Origin: Tetramitus jugosus
Lineage: Eukaryota; Protista; Heterolobosea
DNA: 64,000 nt
Direction of reading: 5' to 3'
Assembly: GCA_937625935.1 (NCBI GenBank)
Contig: OW569365.1
Span: 248,001 to 312,000, forward strand
In this document: piece after piece, positions 11,553-26,300 of the stretch
Layout of the letters: every line of letters starts with the position of its first letter
How positions within the stretch are numbered: the stretch's first letter is position 1
The notes under the pieces: model-generated
The model's input: the letters and a program-made list of their open reading frames with translations, nothing else
Told to the model about the DNA's origin: nothing
The model's database searches: none
Made by a program: the position numbers and the translations under genes

Positions 11553-11563
11553 TTTGGCGCCAA
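11553..11563. promoter_or_regulatory. E2F-type site TTTGGCGCCAA upstream of the SPICE1-like gene
   Basis: Lies in the 89-bp spacer, about 70 bp upstream of the ATG at 11484. Confidence 0.45.
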
Positions 11564-11573
11564 CATCTACGAA

Positions 11574-12404
11574 TCAGCGAGCAAACTTTAATAGGTACAA
11601 AATCTCACCGAGCACCTTCTTACGCATAACAATGCTGCATTTGAATGATCCATAGTCCTCTGTGGACATGATTTCCATAATTTCCAAAGGCTTGTTATCC
11701 TCAATAGCAATCATGTAGCACACTGAGCCTGTTGGCGTCAGAATGTCCTTCACCAGAGGCATAAAGACATCAATCACTTCTCTTCCGTTTCTTCCACCTG
11801 CATAAGCAGCGTGGCAATCATCGTGACCAAGCTATTTCCAATAGATGGAGTGTCAATCAAGTTCGAATGTGTAACTTCACAACAGATTATGGATCGAACA
11901 TTTGAAGCGAGTACATACCTCATGTTCCTCACTTGGCACATATGGCGGATTGAACAATAAAATTCTTGCTTCATTTTTCAACCGAGGCATCAGTGCACTC
12001 AAGAATGAACTCTGAACGACATCGACTTGATTCATTGGCACACCATTATGCTCCAATGTTTTGCGAGTCGCATTTGCAGCTTGTGGATTGATGTCAGTGC
12101 ACAAAAAGAACATTTGATTCATCAAGTCAACACCACCATGCCTCATCAACAACTTCATCAGAAAAGTTGTCACATAACCTGATCCACTGCCGACCTCTGC
12201 ACTCCAATTCAACCGATTTCTCCTGCAGTCATCATTTGAAGTGCTCAACAATAGTGCAACAATGAATTGAACATCCTTTTCCAAACCATCAGTAAACAAC
12301 CAAGTATCATCGCTTGGTTCATAAAAATTCCTGTAGTCAGAAGACACAAAATGATCAAGCTCCACTCTCAATCTCCCTAGGGTTGTTTTCGCCACAGTTT
12401 GCAT
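11574..12404 (-). CDS. N6AMT1: HemK2/N6AMT1/Mtq2 protein-glutamine methyltransferase; exons 12404-11919 and 11831-11574
   Basis: YEPSDDTWL, EVGSGSG, TDINP and FNPPYVP. Splicing intron 11918-11832 gives AAYAGGRNGREVID. Confidence 0.9.
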
Positions 12405-12685
12405 GATCACAATTAATTATTTTCGTTTGTCCAATCTCTCAAAAAAGTTGATCCTCCTCCCATGATGATCATCAACAACAACAGCGACAATTCGCAATCA
12501 AACAAACAGCAGTTGTGGAAACAAATTTACATTTTTTTATTGATTTACATTTGTTAAATTATTGGTCAATATATATATACAACCTTCTACAGACGTAATG
12601 GTCAGTGGCCACCAATTGGAGAAAGATGGTTTGCTCTCTCTCTCTTGACTTGTTGTTGAAAAACTATACAGTGATGAGTTGTTGC

Positions 12686-13054
12686 TTACTCTGCTGCAAC
12701 TTCCTCCTCTTCTTCACTCTCATCCTTCTTCTTCTTGGAAGATGTGGATGCCTTCTTCTTGGTTGGAGCCGTCTTCTTGGAACCAGCTGCAGCCTTCTTC
12801 TTCTTTTCAATCTTTGCTGAAGCACGCTTCTCCAATGTGTTGGCACTCTCAACTGGTTTCGTTCTAGAAACAGGCTTACCAGCTCTAGCAGCCTTGGTCT
12901 CAGAGTAGTCCACTTGAGTTCTTCTTCTTGTGCCAGTCAAGATGTTGGTTTGATCGACTTTGGCTGGAGTAATCTTCTTGTTTGGGTCAGTTGGCTTCTG
13001 AGGCTTCTTAGCTCTTGTCTTCTTGGTGCTTGAGTCACTGGCAGCTTTGGTCAT
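12686..13054 (-). CDS. Small lysine-rich nuclear protein with a CHZ-like histone-chaperone motif
   Basis: 122 aa, K/A/T-rich, with VDQTNILTGTRRRTQVDY resembling the Chz1/HIRIP3 motif and a short acidic tail. Confidence 0.6.
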   Translation of the reverse strand: MTKAASDSSTKKTRAKKPQKPTDPNKKITPAKVDQTNILTGTRRRTQVDYSETKAARAGKPVSRTKPVESANTLEKRASAKIEKKKKAAAGSKKTAPTKKKASTSSKKKKDESEEEEEVAAE

Positions 13055-13826
13055 TGTGTGTTTGATACGAGTAAATAATAGTGTTGTTGTAGGAGTAGTC
13101 GTTAGTCGCTAACTGTTGTTATTGATATACAAATATTGGGAGTGATTTGGTTTCGTTTTGTGGTTGAGTTGTGGTTGAAGATGAGAAGTCTTATCGTCTT
13201 CTTAACGCCTCCTCAAATTTTCAAACCGCTGATTTGTTCACTGATCATATCAAAAATTGACAGGCCAGTTTTGTTGACGGAGTTCGGTTGACCAACTAGC
13301 TACGAAAGAACGGAGTTGAAAGCGAGTCAACACTCACACTACTCAAATTCAAAGGTAGGAAACAAGGGGAATCGAGTGGTGTATGATTTATGGCTCCAGA
13401 GTGAGAACGTGAGAAGATTTTGATAGGGAAATTATATTTGCTTCACTCCGAATCACTCACGAGGCAGTCAGAGAACAAGCAGGAGAAGACAAAACACGAT
13501 CACCAACCACAAAAAGAACAAAGAGTTGGTTGTCTTTCAGAATCTGTGTCAGGAGAGGAGTGAAACATTGAGGACATGTCGTCTCCCACAGGATATCGTT
13601 CCTTTAGTGCCCATCGCAGAAGAAACGTCGAAAAATTTTGCCGCCCATTCTGCTGTTGTTTGTGTAAAAGCGGATTTAGGAGAAATAAGATATAAAAATT
13701 CTAAATCTGATTTCTGAACTGGAAAGGTCCTTGTCAAGCAGAAAAAAAAAACACGACCAACAACACAAGCAACAAGCAACAACGCACTACTTGGACGACT
13801 GTTGTGTGTGACTTGACCTATTAACA

Positions 13827-14390
13827 ATGTTTGACTTTGTAAACGGAATATTAAACTGGTTCAAATCACTCTTTTGGAAACAAGAGATGGAGTTGACACT
13901 TGTCGGACTTCAAAACGCCGGAAAAACAACTCTGGTCAATGTCATTTCATCTGGTGCGCCAGTCATGGAAGACACTATACCGACTGTTGGTTTCAATATG
14001 AGAAAAGTGAGTAAGGGAAATGTGAATATCAAGTTGTGGGACTTGGGTGGTCAACCCAAATTCCGTAACATGTGGGAACGATACAGCAGAGGAGTCGGAG
14101 CAATTGTCTATGTGTTGGACGCATCCGACGCAGAGTCCATACCCACTGCAAAACAAGAATTGCATGATTTGATATCGAAACAGACTGTTCAGGGCATTCC
14201 GTTGCTCGTCTTGGCCAACAAGAATGATTTGGCGGGTGCAATGAATGCACAACAAACGATTGATGCATTGGATTTGAGAAGTATCGGTGGAAGAGAAGTC
14301 AGTTGTTATTCGATTAGTGCAAAGAATGCAGTGAATATTGAAAAGACGTTGGAGTGGTTGATCAAGAATGGAGTCAAGAAGAACACATGA
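13827..14390 (+). CDS. ARL8: ADP-ribosylation factor-like GTPase 8
   Basis: [45 protein letters not shown]. Confidence 0.95.
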   Translation: MFDFVNGILNWFKSLFWKQEMELTLVGLQNAGKTTLVNVISSGAPVMEDTIPTVGFNMRKVSKGNVNIKLWDLGGQPKFRNMWERYSRGVGAIVYVLDASDAESIPTAKQELHDLISKQTVQGIPLLVLANKNDLAGAMNAQQTIDALDLRSIGGREVSCYSISAKNAVNIEKTLEWLIKNGVKKNT

Positions 14391-14836
14391 GTGTACACTG
14401 CCAAGGAAACTTTTACTCTTGCACACATGAGCACACACACACACTGATTGATTTGCTGATCAAAGACTTGTTCATTAAACCGTCCATGTAGATATGAATG
14501 ACGATAATGACGATAATCATGATCATGACAATGATGATATTTATTTCAGTAAATCATTTCCTCATCGAATACAGTGGACCTTGCATTTTGATACATGATT
14601 GGTCATGATTGACCACCAGCAAGCGCACTCATCACACATGCAATCGAAGAGTGCACACAAATTCATCCCTCTCTCCCATGTCAGCAGCAATCATACATGG
14701 AAGCCAATCAGTTCATTCTCCTCATGTGATCGACCACACAAGAGACATCTTGTCTCAGTTGTTTGTTTCTTCTAGTTTCACACATTATTCTGTCTCTCTC
14801 TCTCTCGTACACACACGTGCATCTCTCAGCCGATGA

Positions 14837-15136
14837 TTAGAGCCCTAGTTTCTTCGAGTAATCTCCTCTGAGTCTTGATCTTCGATCAACAAGTGATCTC
14901 TTGCATTGATACAGTGCTGTTCTCAATCCTCCACACTCTTGCGGAAACACATGTGGTGGTCGAAGGCATTCCTGAAATGTTGTGCCTGGTTGTTTGACGC
15001 ATTCACTGTACTGCATGACACACTCGATAAAGTCTTGTCGCAATTCACCGCACTTGATGTCTGATTTTGTTTGTTTACGCAGAGCAGGTGATTCTTGTTG
15101 CTGTTCAGAATTGTCAGCACTATTGTTGTTGGTCAT
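14837..15136 (-). CDS. COA5: Cytochrome c oxidase assembly factor 5 (Pet191)
   Basis: Twin-Cys pattern CGELRQDFIEC...SEC...EC...ECGGLRTALYQCKRSLVDRRSRLRG. Confidence 0.88.
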   Translation of the reverse strand: MTNNNSADNSEQQQESPALRKQTKSDIKCGELRQDFIECVMQYSECVKQPGTTFQECLRPPHVFPQECGGLRTALYQCKRSLVDRRSRLRGDYSKKLGL

Positions 15137-15172
15137 TGTCTATTGTTGTGTGGTTGTGTTTGAGGAGTGAGC

Positions 15173-16215
15173 TCACTTTTTTTTGAGTGTTGTTGGAGTT
15201 GTTTTTCCGCTGCTTGTTTTTCTTGTTGTTGATCTCTTCTTCTTCTTGGACGACGACTTTTTTCTCAGTTCTTCTAAACGTTTCTGTTCTTCCAGTTTCT
15301 CTCTTTCGAGCTGTTGTTTGACTGCTGGAGGCATCCATTCATCCAACTGTTTGACAAGAAGGATATCCTTTTCTTTCTCAACTTGTTTCCTCAGTTCTTT
15401 TTGTTTCTCGAGTAGCTGCAGGTCTTTGGGGGTTCTTCTTGGATCAAATGCTGACATTTCGTTCTTGGGTAGAGTGGCTTTGAGATGGAGCCCAAGATCT
15501 TTCATGGGATCTCGACTCGATTTGTTGCTAGAAGTGTTACTAAGAGTCAGTCCGTTGGTAGAATTGTTGATATGTTTCTTCTTCTGAATTAGTTGTTCCA
15601 TGGATATTTCCATGGCTCTGGCATCTACAACTCTGTTTTGTTCCAAATCCTTCACAATTCTTATTCCACCAGTGATTGTATCGATCGTCTCTGTGTTGTG
15701 GGGATCTGGAATCATGGTGCATGTTGAGATAAGATAGCCAATCTCGTCAAAGAAATTCGAGAACTGTGTAACATACCTAGTTTTACTCGAGCTTTCCCCC
15801 TCTGATATTCACTTCGTTGCGGTAGGTGTTCTGGTTCAACTATTCTGACTCTACTCGGTTTTTCAATTAGTTCAGGAGGGAGGAGCACAGGGTTAGTTCT
15901 GATGGAGGGTCTCCAATTCATTGAAGAACTATCCTTCTCCTCAAAATGTTTTCTAGTCTTGGAACCAATCTTCTCTACCACAATTTTGTCTAATTAATTA
16001 GAGTACAAAGATATGAGAAATTGAACATAATGCCGAAAAGCAAGGAATTACAACTCTAAACCTTTGTAGAATGTTGGAAATCCTTTTCCAAGAGTTTGGT
16101 CTCCAGACCAATCATTTCTGACATTCTTATGAGGAAATTTCCAGTGATTGGGAGAGGAATTTGGTATTCCTAGAAGCCCTGAGTGCAGGTTGGATGAACC
16201 TTGTTGATCATTCAT
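15173..16215 (-). CDS. Hypothetical 299-aa protein; exons 16215-16062, 15989-15777, 15705-15173
   Basis: Two phase-1 GT-AG introns (16061-15990, 15776-15706) join three open frames into 900 nt. C-terminal coiled coil and basic tail. Confidence 0.6.
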
Positions 16216-16500
16216 TTTTGTTCAATGGATTCCAGGTCATCAACGATTTGTTGCGCGAGGTTCGCAGTAGATCGGCGGTTGAAGAACTGGTTACAAAATT
16301 TGGCGGTTAGAATGTGCAAGCTTCAAGCAAAGAAATACGCCAAAGCAATTTTATGGAGGGCTTCTCGACACAAAGAAATACAATAAAAAAGAACCAAAGA
16401 CCATAACAACACGTGATCATCAAAATCATCCCTTTTGAACATCACCTGCTTACAATACAATAATCATCAACTAGGTATCTATCGATAGCCATCGTCCAAG

Positions 16501-18471
16501 ATGAACACTCCTGCATCATCACCACTATCCATGTCACCAACAACAACAACAACAACAGCTGAGGATGACATGAGCGACTCGATCACATCATCACCAACTC
16601 TTTCAACAACAACAACACATTCACAACAACCCATTTATTCTCAGTTTGATGTATGTGTAATCATGATTTCACACTTGTTATTTTTTTCATTCACCAAACA
16701 ACACAATGTGTGACTCACACAAACAAACAAAAAAAAACAACAACAACAACATACAGAGTCACCATTCACATAGTCAACAAAACAGCATGTATATACCAAC
16801 TACACCTGATGCAAAACATCGATTATATCATGACGCATTTGCATCTCCAGCATCATCGGGTGACAACAACAATAATGAATCATCATCCATTGATGGTAGT
16901 GATGGTAGTAGTACTGGTATTGTCAGACCAAGCAAGAAATTAAAATCACCATCATCATCCAATAACAATAACAACAACAACAATTCATCATCATCATCAT
17001 CAACATCATCAACAACAACTTCTCCCTCCTCCTCCGCACTCTCCTCACCTTCTCTTCTCTCATTGAATCACTCAGGAATGATACCCACTACTCTTTTCAC
17101 AACCAATGCTTCCAACACAACAACAACAACAACAACCAACACAATTGTGAGTACACACACTGCATCAGCATCTGCTCTTGTTCAAGCAGCCAATGCAGTA
17201 CCCAACAATGGTGCGTCTCTGTTGAGTGGCAGTACAGTGAGTACCAACAATAACAATGGCAATACTAGTAACAATTCAATGGTCTCAACCCCAGGCAGTG
17301 CAAAGAGATCATCATCCAACAGCAGTTCAAAACCATGCAGAGATGATTCATCACTACGACTGCTCACAAAACGATTTGTTCAGTTGATTGCAGAGGCAGA
17401 GGACGGTGTGTTGGATCTGAATGCCGCAGCAGAGAAACTATCTGTTCAAAAGAGAAGAATCTACGATATTACCAATGTGTTGGAAGGTATTGGACTCATT
17501 GAGAAGAAGTCAAAGAATCATATACAGTGGAAGTATGTTGCAACAACGTCAGAGACGCATTGTCTATTGTTTTTTTTTCTCTTCCTTTGCACATCATGAC
17601 CTTGTGTACTGACTCGTTTATTCACACTTGTTCACTTTTGTACTGTGATCACACACACACACACAATAACACACGCACACACACAAATGACATTGTACAT
17701 GACAGAGGAGCAGGCATTGCAGTTACACCTGTTCAGGACAATATTGATGAGATACGGCACATACAGGAAGACATTGCTCATTTGGAGCAGAATGAGAGAG
17801 GATTGGATGTACAGATTGATTCACTAAAGACCAACATTGATCGAATGATATCAAACGAGGACTATCAGAGACACAACTATGTAACATACCGAGATATTTT
17901 ATCGATTGCTTCACTGAGAGATCGAACCGTGTTGGCCATTCGAGCACCCTCTGGCACCATGCTCACTGTTCCTGATCCCGATGAAGGAATGACCTATCCG
18001 ATGCGACGGTATCAAATTCATCTCAAATCACCCTCACAGCCCATCAAGGTCTACTTGTTGAGCAATGAGGAAGCCGAGGGTATGTCAAGCGGTGTAGGTA
18101 TCACCGGTGGTGCAGACATTGGCAGTGCAACATCCACGACTCATGATGATGACGATGATCATCATGACCACCATCACTTGGACAGTGATCTGAGTCATTT
18201 GCATGGAGGAAGCAACGGTAGCAGTGTAAGTGATTTGGTGGTGGTGGGCTCTCACAGTGGAAGTGGAGGTGTCGGTAGTATGCTAGGCGGTCATCATCAC
18301 CATCATCATCACATGGATCCAACATCTGGCACTGCGTATGACAATAGCCCACTGAGACCCAATGTGTTTGACTGTGATGGAGATGCAGTCAATTTGTCAC
18401 CACCGAGACAGGATCAAGACTTTGTGTACGGAATGGAGTCACATGAGGGCATCAGTGACATTTTCAGCTGA
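16501..18471 (+). CDS. E2F: E2F transcription factor with pocket-protein-binding tail; exons 16501-16650, 16757-17532, 17706-18471
   Basis: [13 protein letters not shown]...[32 protein letters not shown]-binding domain, marked box ([23 protein letters not shown]) and C-terminal [15 protein letters not shown]. Confidence 0.93.
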
Positions 18472-18685
18472 AAGGACAATCCATTTTCACACGCATGCAC
18501 GTACACACCAAATCATCCCTGATATAAAATCCAAGAACCAATGTCGCTTTTTTATTTTTCTGAATGCATTCTCACTTGACAAAATTTGGCGCCCTTCAAA
18601 TTTTGGGTTTGTGCCAAACATTTTTCTTTTCCCGAAAAACAAAAAAACATTCACAACCTTCTTGAGAGGAATTGATTGAAAGATC

Positions 18686-19404
18686 ATGATGAACAACAAT
18701 AATAATAGCAATAGAAAAAGAAATGTGTCATCATCATCCATTGACAACAACAACAACACCATGTATCACCAACCACAATCCTCATCCTCATCACTAATCG
18801 ATGAAGAAAATCATATGAGTCACATGATGAATCATCACTATGCTCACATGATGATTGGTGAAGATGAAGAGAATGATACCAACCACAGCAATAACAATGA
18901 GGAAGAAGAAGCATTTGATTCAACTGTGAATCATCATCCCTTCCATCACCACTCCATTTCTACTCCCACTACTCCATCATCACCTCCATCATCATCATCA
19001 TCATCATCCATCACAACAACAGCAACAACAATCAGTGCATTCAATCAATTCAATAAGAATACAAAAATGCAACAACAACAACAACAACAACTCTCATCTC
19101 AACAGAGAAACAAATCATCATTATTAGTGAACAATACGAATAGCAATAGCACGAATAATATTACTAGTAATCATATGAACAATACTCATACCAACAGTAA
19201 TAATAATAATAAAAGAGACGGTAGAAAGAGACATCATCATCATCACAGTCAATCGAAGCGAAGTCACGAAAAAATTATTCTTCCAGGTCAAGCTGCTCAC
19301 ATTCTATTGAAATGTGGTGACTATAGTAAGTTTATGAGACCAGATCGATTGAATTGGCAATTTGATCACTTGAACTCTAAAATTCAACGCTCTTCTCACA
19401 TGTC

Positions 19405-19436
<32 letters not shown>

Positions 19437-20330
19437 CATGCATCTCTACTGATCACAACAATAAGAGTGATCATGTGAATGATGATGCCGATGCAATGCA
19501 TAATGTTGATTATCAACCTACTGAATCATCTCAATGTCCCATGCATCATCATCACCCACAACAACAACAACACATGAACAACAAGAGTGATACTGATAGT
19601 AGTAGTAATAACAACAACAACAATCATAATAGTGATGAAATTGTATCAGTGCTCTCAGTCAGTTATCACACTTGTGATTTTTTGAGTCAGCGCATTCATG
19701 TGTTGGATGAGTCGAATCTGTACTCTTTTGATCACTATCATCATCACCATCACCATCATCATCATCACCATCACCTCCTCCACCACCACCACCACCATTT
19801 TCATAGTCACTCTAATAATTATCCATTCCACTCATCATATCATCACAGTAGTAGTCATCCACATGGCTGCTGTGAACAACATTATTATTCATCACTTGAC
19901 AATTCCCCTCGGTCTTCCGTATCATCGTCCTACATTGCTGAAGCTTCATCATCATCACTAGAGTACAATCATGTGGATGATCATCGATATGAAGATGAGA
20001 GTGAACAGGATGAAGAAGTGGATGAAGAGACAATGGTTGTTGTTACAATAGACAACAACAACAACAATTCTTCGGACAATATTGGATCCATTCTATCTAT
20101 TCATCACAATCATAATACGAATAGTAGCGGCAGCAACAATAAGAATAAGCATATTCCTGTTGTGAACAAACTGGTGAATCAAAAGTCGCAGCAGCTTCAG
20201 AGGAACAAGAGTTTGCCCATTGCTAGAAAAAACAAGAGAAGAACACAACGGTTGCTCCATAGTCAATACGACGGTGGAGGAGGTGGAAGTGGATATGATG
20301 ATACGGGAGAGGACGATGATGAGGATTCGT
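18686..20330 (+). repeat. Dense trinucleotide microsatellite tracts (AAC/AAT, CAT/CAC, TCA, CAA) encoding poly-N/H/S/Q
   Basis: For example, the poly-His run near 19733-19800 and many poly-Ser and poly-Asn runs. Confidence 0.85.
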
Positions 20331-23300
20331 CATCTTCCATGTTGCATGACTACCTGTCTGCATCATCCAATCTCCTATCATCTTCACTCTCTCCACCCAC
20401 GAATCCCAGCCTATACAGTTATCCATTCTTTGAGAATCAGAAAATGGCTGGCAGTAGTATGGTTGGTGGTGGTATGAGCAACAGCAGCAGTAGCACGAGT
20501 ATAGCCAGTGCGCTTCACACCAAGATGACTGATGAACTGTTGTTGCATCAATCTGGTGCCCCAAATGTACCAATATCACTTCCATCCAGTTCATTGGTGG
20601 ACACAATGTATGAGACAAGTTCGCAGATCATGGATAGTGTTGTTGGAGGTTCATCCGCCTCCAGTTCATCACCCGGTCTACTTCTCGTTCCTAACACCTT
20701 GCTCCACACTGTGTACTCAAAGTATTCTCTGGTTTTGTCTGTTGACATTAGTCCCAGCATGGCCTCTGTTGATCCGGTCACGGGTGATATTTTGTTTGAT
20801 CGTGTATTTGGAATTATCCAAAAGATGTTACATGCACTGGTGCAGGAGAATATTGTAACAAGTGACACTGCACCAGAGTTGCACGTGTCTATTATTGCAC
20901 TGGGGTCCATTCATAAGCCAATTCACACCATTTGTCAAGATGTTGTCATCAACAGTCAAAATTTGGATGAATCTCTGGAGGATATAAAGGAGCGTATTGC
21001 TCAGGTGGAGATACAGGCAGCTGATGCCATGAAGGATATGCACAATGTCAAGAAGAGAGGATCATGGATCAACTCTGATTTTAATCTAGTCATCTATAAT
21101 TCGTTGTTGGCGTTCGATTTCCTTCCAGTAGATGCTTGTCCATGCCTTGTTGTCATATCAGATGGCTGCTTTACTCTGAGTGAACTAAAGATTGATGCAG
21201 TGATGAAGTTGACTCATTCTGATGTTAGCTTCGGTATCGTTAATATCAGTGGACGCAATCATCACTCTGATTTCCTCTACACCTACATACCGAACACTGA
21301 GTTGATGGAGTACATTACTGAAACAGTTGGAGGCGTATACATTGATTATTCATTCTTCCAATCTGGTGTTTCAGATGAGGAAGAATCTCTCGCTGAGCGA
21401 TATAGGAGCTATCTTCTTCAATCGTCCTTATTCTTGAAACTCTCTGATTTTCAAGTCGGAAGAGAGTCGGTGCTTGCTCGACTCAAATATTTGTTGAAAA
21501 CCCTATCGAACAGTAGCGTGATGACAGACACTATTGGACAGAAGGATGATTTGGACAATGACTATGGTGGAGGCAGCAATGCTCTTATGGCTGAGTATTC
21601 TCCAATTGATCCCATGCAACAATACATGGTGGACAAAATTAAGGAGTATAAGATTTGTAATGTCGATATCAAAACAATCCTAAAAACAAGAATCAAACAA
21701 GGGTTTCGAATTGTTGATATAGAGTATGCCACGGATGAAGATGATCCAAGTATCGGACTGAAATCAGGAAAGGAGATTTTGGATCCAAAGTTTGTTGTTC
21801 TTCGCTTCCGCTTAAGACCGCGATGTGAGATTGAGTATCATCTGACTCTGAACAATGTGGCTTCGGGTGTTGGATCGAGCAAGATGGACGACAAACCAAA
21901 GTTTAGAAAGCGATCTTCTAGTGCTTCCTCTTCGCTACCGACATCTGTATTGCCTTTAGATGTGAGAAAGAACACGCAAATCTCAGTTCAGATATATATG
22001 AACGCGAGTCGTATTTTCCACGATCGTTACAAGCTGTACAAGAAGAAATATTTGAGCTCAGGTGTGGCATCGGGACCATCCGGTTCCTCAACTAGTAACT
22101 CATCCTCAAAAAAGGATACACTACAGCAGCATAACACTAGTCTAAGAACAATGGCTTATAACACCGTTGCAACGTTCGTTCAGGCCATGTATAACGAGGA
22201 TAGAATGGCCGAGCAATTGCACATGATTGCCGAGGCCGGGCTATCAAAGAAGTTGTCGTTCACGTTGCCCAACAATGAAGGAAAAGCAAGCATGAGCTCC
22301 TCCCTCGATGCGAAGTCACAATTGAATCTGACATCGCAACAACTGCTCTTCTTGAAGGAAAAATCATACCTCTTTGATGAACAATCGATTCTGGTCAAAG
22401 TACCATCTAGTATCGATATGCCTAATGCAAGAAGCTGGGAGAAGTCTGGTGAGTATCTAGTTCAGGCTCTACTGGTACAATCAGGCATCAATACATCGGT
22501 ACCTGCATTGCAACCTCAACAAACCCAAAAGTTGCTTGGATCATTCTCGGGCAGTGGTACGACCACTAACTCAAATACGGGTACTGCTGGCAATACAAAC
22601 ATACCACTAACGAATGATACAATTTATCAACACTCGGTAGTTCTTCTGAGACACATATGCACTCAATTTTGGGCATCCACTCGGCTATCTGATGACTTCT
22701 TCATCAAGTTTGTTCAGGTGGCTGCTCCAGATGAGTTCACAAGTGGAAGAGCTAGTGATTCTTATTTTGAGAAGAACGACAGCGGGTCAAGATCGAATCG
22801 AACCTCTCTGACATATGATCCATCATTCTTGCAGATAGGTAAGTTGCCACCAAGTGCAGGCTTCTGTACACTCAGATTGGTTTGGCACTCGCCATACGTT
22901 GTTGAATTGTTTACCAACTTTTTCAACGTGCCCACAACCACCCGACAGCAAGTCGTATTACAGCTCCAATGTTTGATACAGACAACCCTTTCTCCTACGA
23001 GCGCTACCTCAACAGCCCACGGTAATGCAAGAAGTCAGGCTGCTGCAACAAATGCAACTGCGGCTCTTTCAGTGTACACGACGAACAATCCGTTACACAA
23101 GATTTTGAACAAACTACCAAAGTGTCGTGATGGAGACGAAATTCAATATTACAAGTCTCTATTTTATCATCCACCACATTATGGAAGCTACTTGCACCAT
23201 AAGAAATGGATTTGGAATCTAGAGGATGCAAGAATATTGTACCAAATCCTGTCCATGCTGTTTGCTCAGCGATTGAGGGAGGGATACTCACTCATTTACT

Positions 23301-26300
23301 TGCATTATTCTGCTATATTCCATAAGGTGATTCGATTGCAAAATGGAGTCAGCAACTCAGATGATCGTCCCTGCAATTTATTTTACTGCGTACACATTCT
23401 CAAGTCAAAAAGAATTATCACTGAAATATGGGTAGAGCCACAATCAGGTGAGTTAGATTTCGATGACTATTATATCACTGAGCTGGATATAGTTCAAAAC
23501 TTAAGAGATTGGATTTATATGGTTGATTCCGATATTATGGGAATGTTTTGGACTTTTAACAAAATATATCGCTCTTGTGATAGCTACAAGTCTGTTCAGA
23601 GCGATCAGCACCGTGTGGAGATGATTCAGTTCGGAAGTGACTGTCAATTTTCGTTGGACAAGAATGATTTCATGGTCATTAGTAGCAACATGAATAGTCT
23701 TTTCCGTCATGGACAATTCAATAACGCAATCATTCAATTTTTACATCCCCCAAGTGTCACCTCTGATGTCATCGTGAGTCACAACACAAGACGTTCGAGT
23801 GCCACCACAGAGAGTAATGATGTTATGATTGTGCAACAAGCGAATACCAAACTTTACGAGAGATTGACAAAATTAATTTCTCTGTTAAGTGAAGTGGAGG
23901 TTCCTTTGGACACATCCAACATCCAACTATTAAGGAAGATACTTCCTGGTAGTCAATTGGCCTCCCTCGAACCCCAAAAGTCGAGATGCTTCGTGAAGCT
24001 GGTTTCGACAGACAATGAACGGCACCATCACCTAACTGAGGAAGTAGAGAAGGCATTATTATTCACAATCATCCCTAATGGTTTCTCTTCTCTGGAAGAC
24101 CTTTTGGAGATAGTCATCTGTGAATGCAAAGAATCTCACCTCTCCAACATTGTCAACATCATAGAGCCTCCAATAGACGATCTTGTCATTAATCGTCTCT
24201 TCTCACTGAAACAATCTCTGCCTAACTCCAAGAGCACTAGTACTCTGTCAAGCTTGGGAGTGAGCAGCAGTCACGAGGAGATTGCACAGTTGCAAAAAAT
24301 TACTACTTCGCCAGAGTGTGAGAAATATCGAGATTTCTTAGCATCTTTCCATTCTATGTCATATGCGTATGGAGTCTACAAGTGCCTGCAAATGCCTAAT
24401 CAGCAATGTGTGGACTTGAAGGTATTTAAGACAGCTGTTGAGGCCTGTGTCGAGTATCGAGAGGAAATCGATTTAACGGAGCTATTTGAAGCAATCTTGT
24501 TGAGTCAAGACTATTTCTTCACTCACGTACCTAATCGTGAAAAGAGTCCCAACGAAGACATGAACGCTTACTTTGCAAAGATTTTACAAAAATTCTTTGA
24601 AAAGGTGCCCGGTACTGATCATCATTACTATTATAAAGATAGATCAATAGACAGTGGAAGAGGATTGTTGTCAGATGAAAAGGGTCTTACAAGAAAGAGA
24701 GGTAGCAATGTATCTCTCATCGCTGCTGCAAAGCAAGCACCTCCAAAAATTCAAAAGACCACCTCGGATCATTCCGAGGATATTCTAACTGACGACCAAT
24801 TTACGAATATTGAAGAAGAGGACAAGCAAGATGGCAATAGTGATATGTCAGACGAGGTTCAAAGTGTCACATCAGGAGGTAGTATCGCTGGAGCTTCTAA
24901 TATCTATGATAGTCTATCTGAGGCAACCTATATGTCTGAAACAAGCAATAATTCCTTTGCTTTCAGAGATTCTCCACATGCAGCCCAGCTAGACACTCTC
25001 AATATTCCAGTGTTTATGCGTATGGAGTGTGTTATCAGTGAATCTGAAGATATCTATATTGATTATGACGAGGATGATCGACCAATTGAACCAGAGCAGA
25101 AGGAAATTATTTATCCGGTCAACGACATTCCTGTTGATAAGATCACTGCCTCATTCAAGAATATTGCCACTCATCTTCAAACGAGCGAGGAAAGTGACAC
25201 ATTCAGTAATGACAACGATTTGAACGCCATTCTAAACCCCCACAGCATGTCCATGTCAGCAGCTGCCGCGAACGATCCTTCATCATGGATATCAAAGATA
25301 TCAAACATGAAGAGCTCACTGCGTGTTTATTGCATCACGTTGCCACCTGATAAGCTTATTGCTGCGATGGATGAGTTTGAACCACAAAGAAGAGACATCT
25401 TCCAATACTTGTACAAATTCCATGATGACAACCAATTTAGCTTTGCCAAGTCAAAGTTCTCAGCCAATGACATGCTCGAAACAAGTGAAGGTAGCATTGA
25501 GTATGACGATATTACGGATGAAGACTCAGAAAATTTTGATGATGAGGCATCCCATCCAAGCAGTTCAGCTCCATTTTTGCCCAAGCACTATTTACCTAAT
25601 CATCTGAGAAGGACAATGACTGGCATGAAGAAGAGATTCCAGGCTTTGATTTCTAAGGAGATCCTCAATGCTCTGCTTCACTCCAATCCCATTACTCCCT
25701 ATGTTGTGAAGAAAGTTTTTGATAATCTCCCAAACTTGCCAACCAGTTGCTATCAAAAGTACCATATTAATCTCGAGTTTATCAATGGGAGAGACGGTGC
25801 TCGTTTGTTCCAATCTGAAATTGCAAAGTGCAAAACAGTGATATTCAAAAAAATTGGAGATCAATATGTAACTTACTTCAGAAAGACTAGCGCAGAGCTC
25901 TCCGTTTCACCCTACTACGCATTCCAAGAGAACCAAACAAATGACCAACCATCGAATGTTGATCATGTAGAAACTGGATACGAGAGTGATGAACTGCCCA
26001 ACTTCTCTGTTCAAGCTCGAGCAACCACTGGCGATTTGTCCGTTGATGACGTTCATTTTTATGATAAGGAGGCTGTTGATGTAGATCGAGCAAATCTTGA
26101 ACTTCCGTATTGGATCGTTCTGTCATTGGCCAACTCTGTTCCCAATAGAAACACGAGACAGCTTTCTATTGTGTTCTATTCGCCATATCCTATCACATCA
26201 GAATGTAAGAACAGAGTAACACATTTACTGGAAACTGTAATTGCTGCTGTCGCAAAGCGTGTCAACACATTACTATTATTGAACAATCTGCACGACACAA

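Noticed and set aside
13260-13335. gttgac...gtcaac inverted repeat with a duplicated acggagtt, a possible structured RNA
   Set aside because: The pairing is too short and no RNA family motif is recognisable. It lies in a divergent promoter region.
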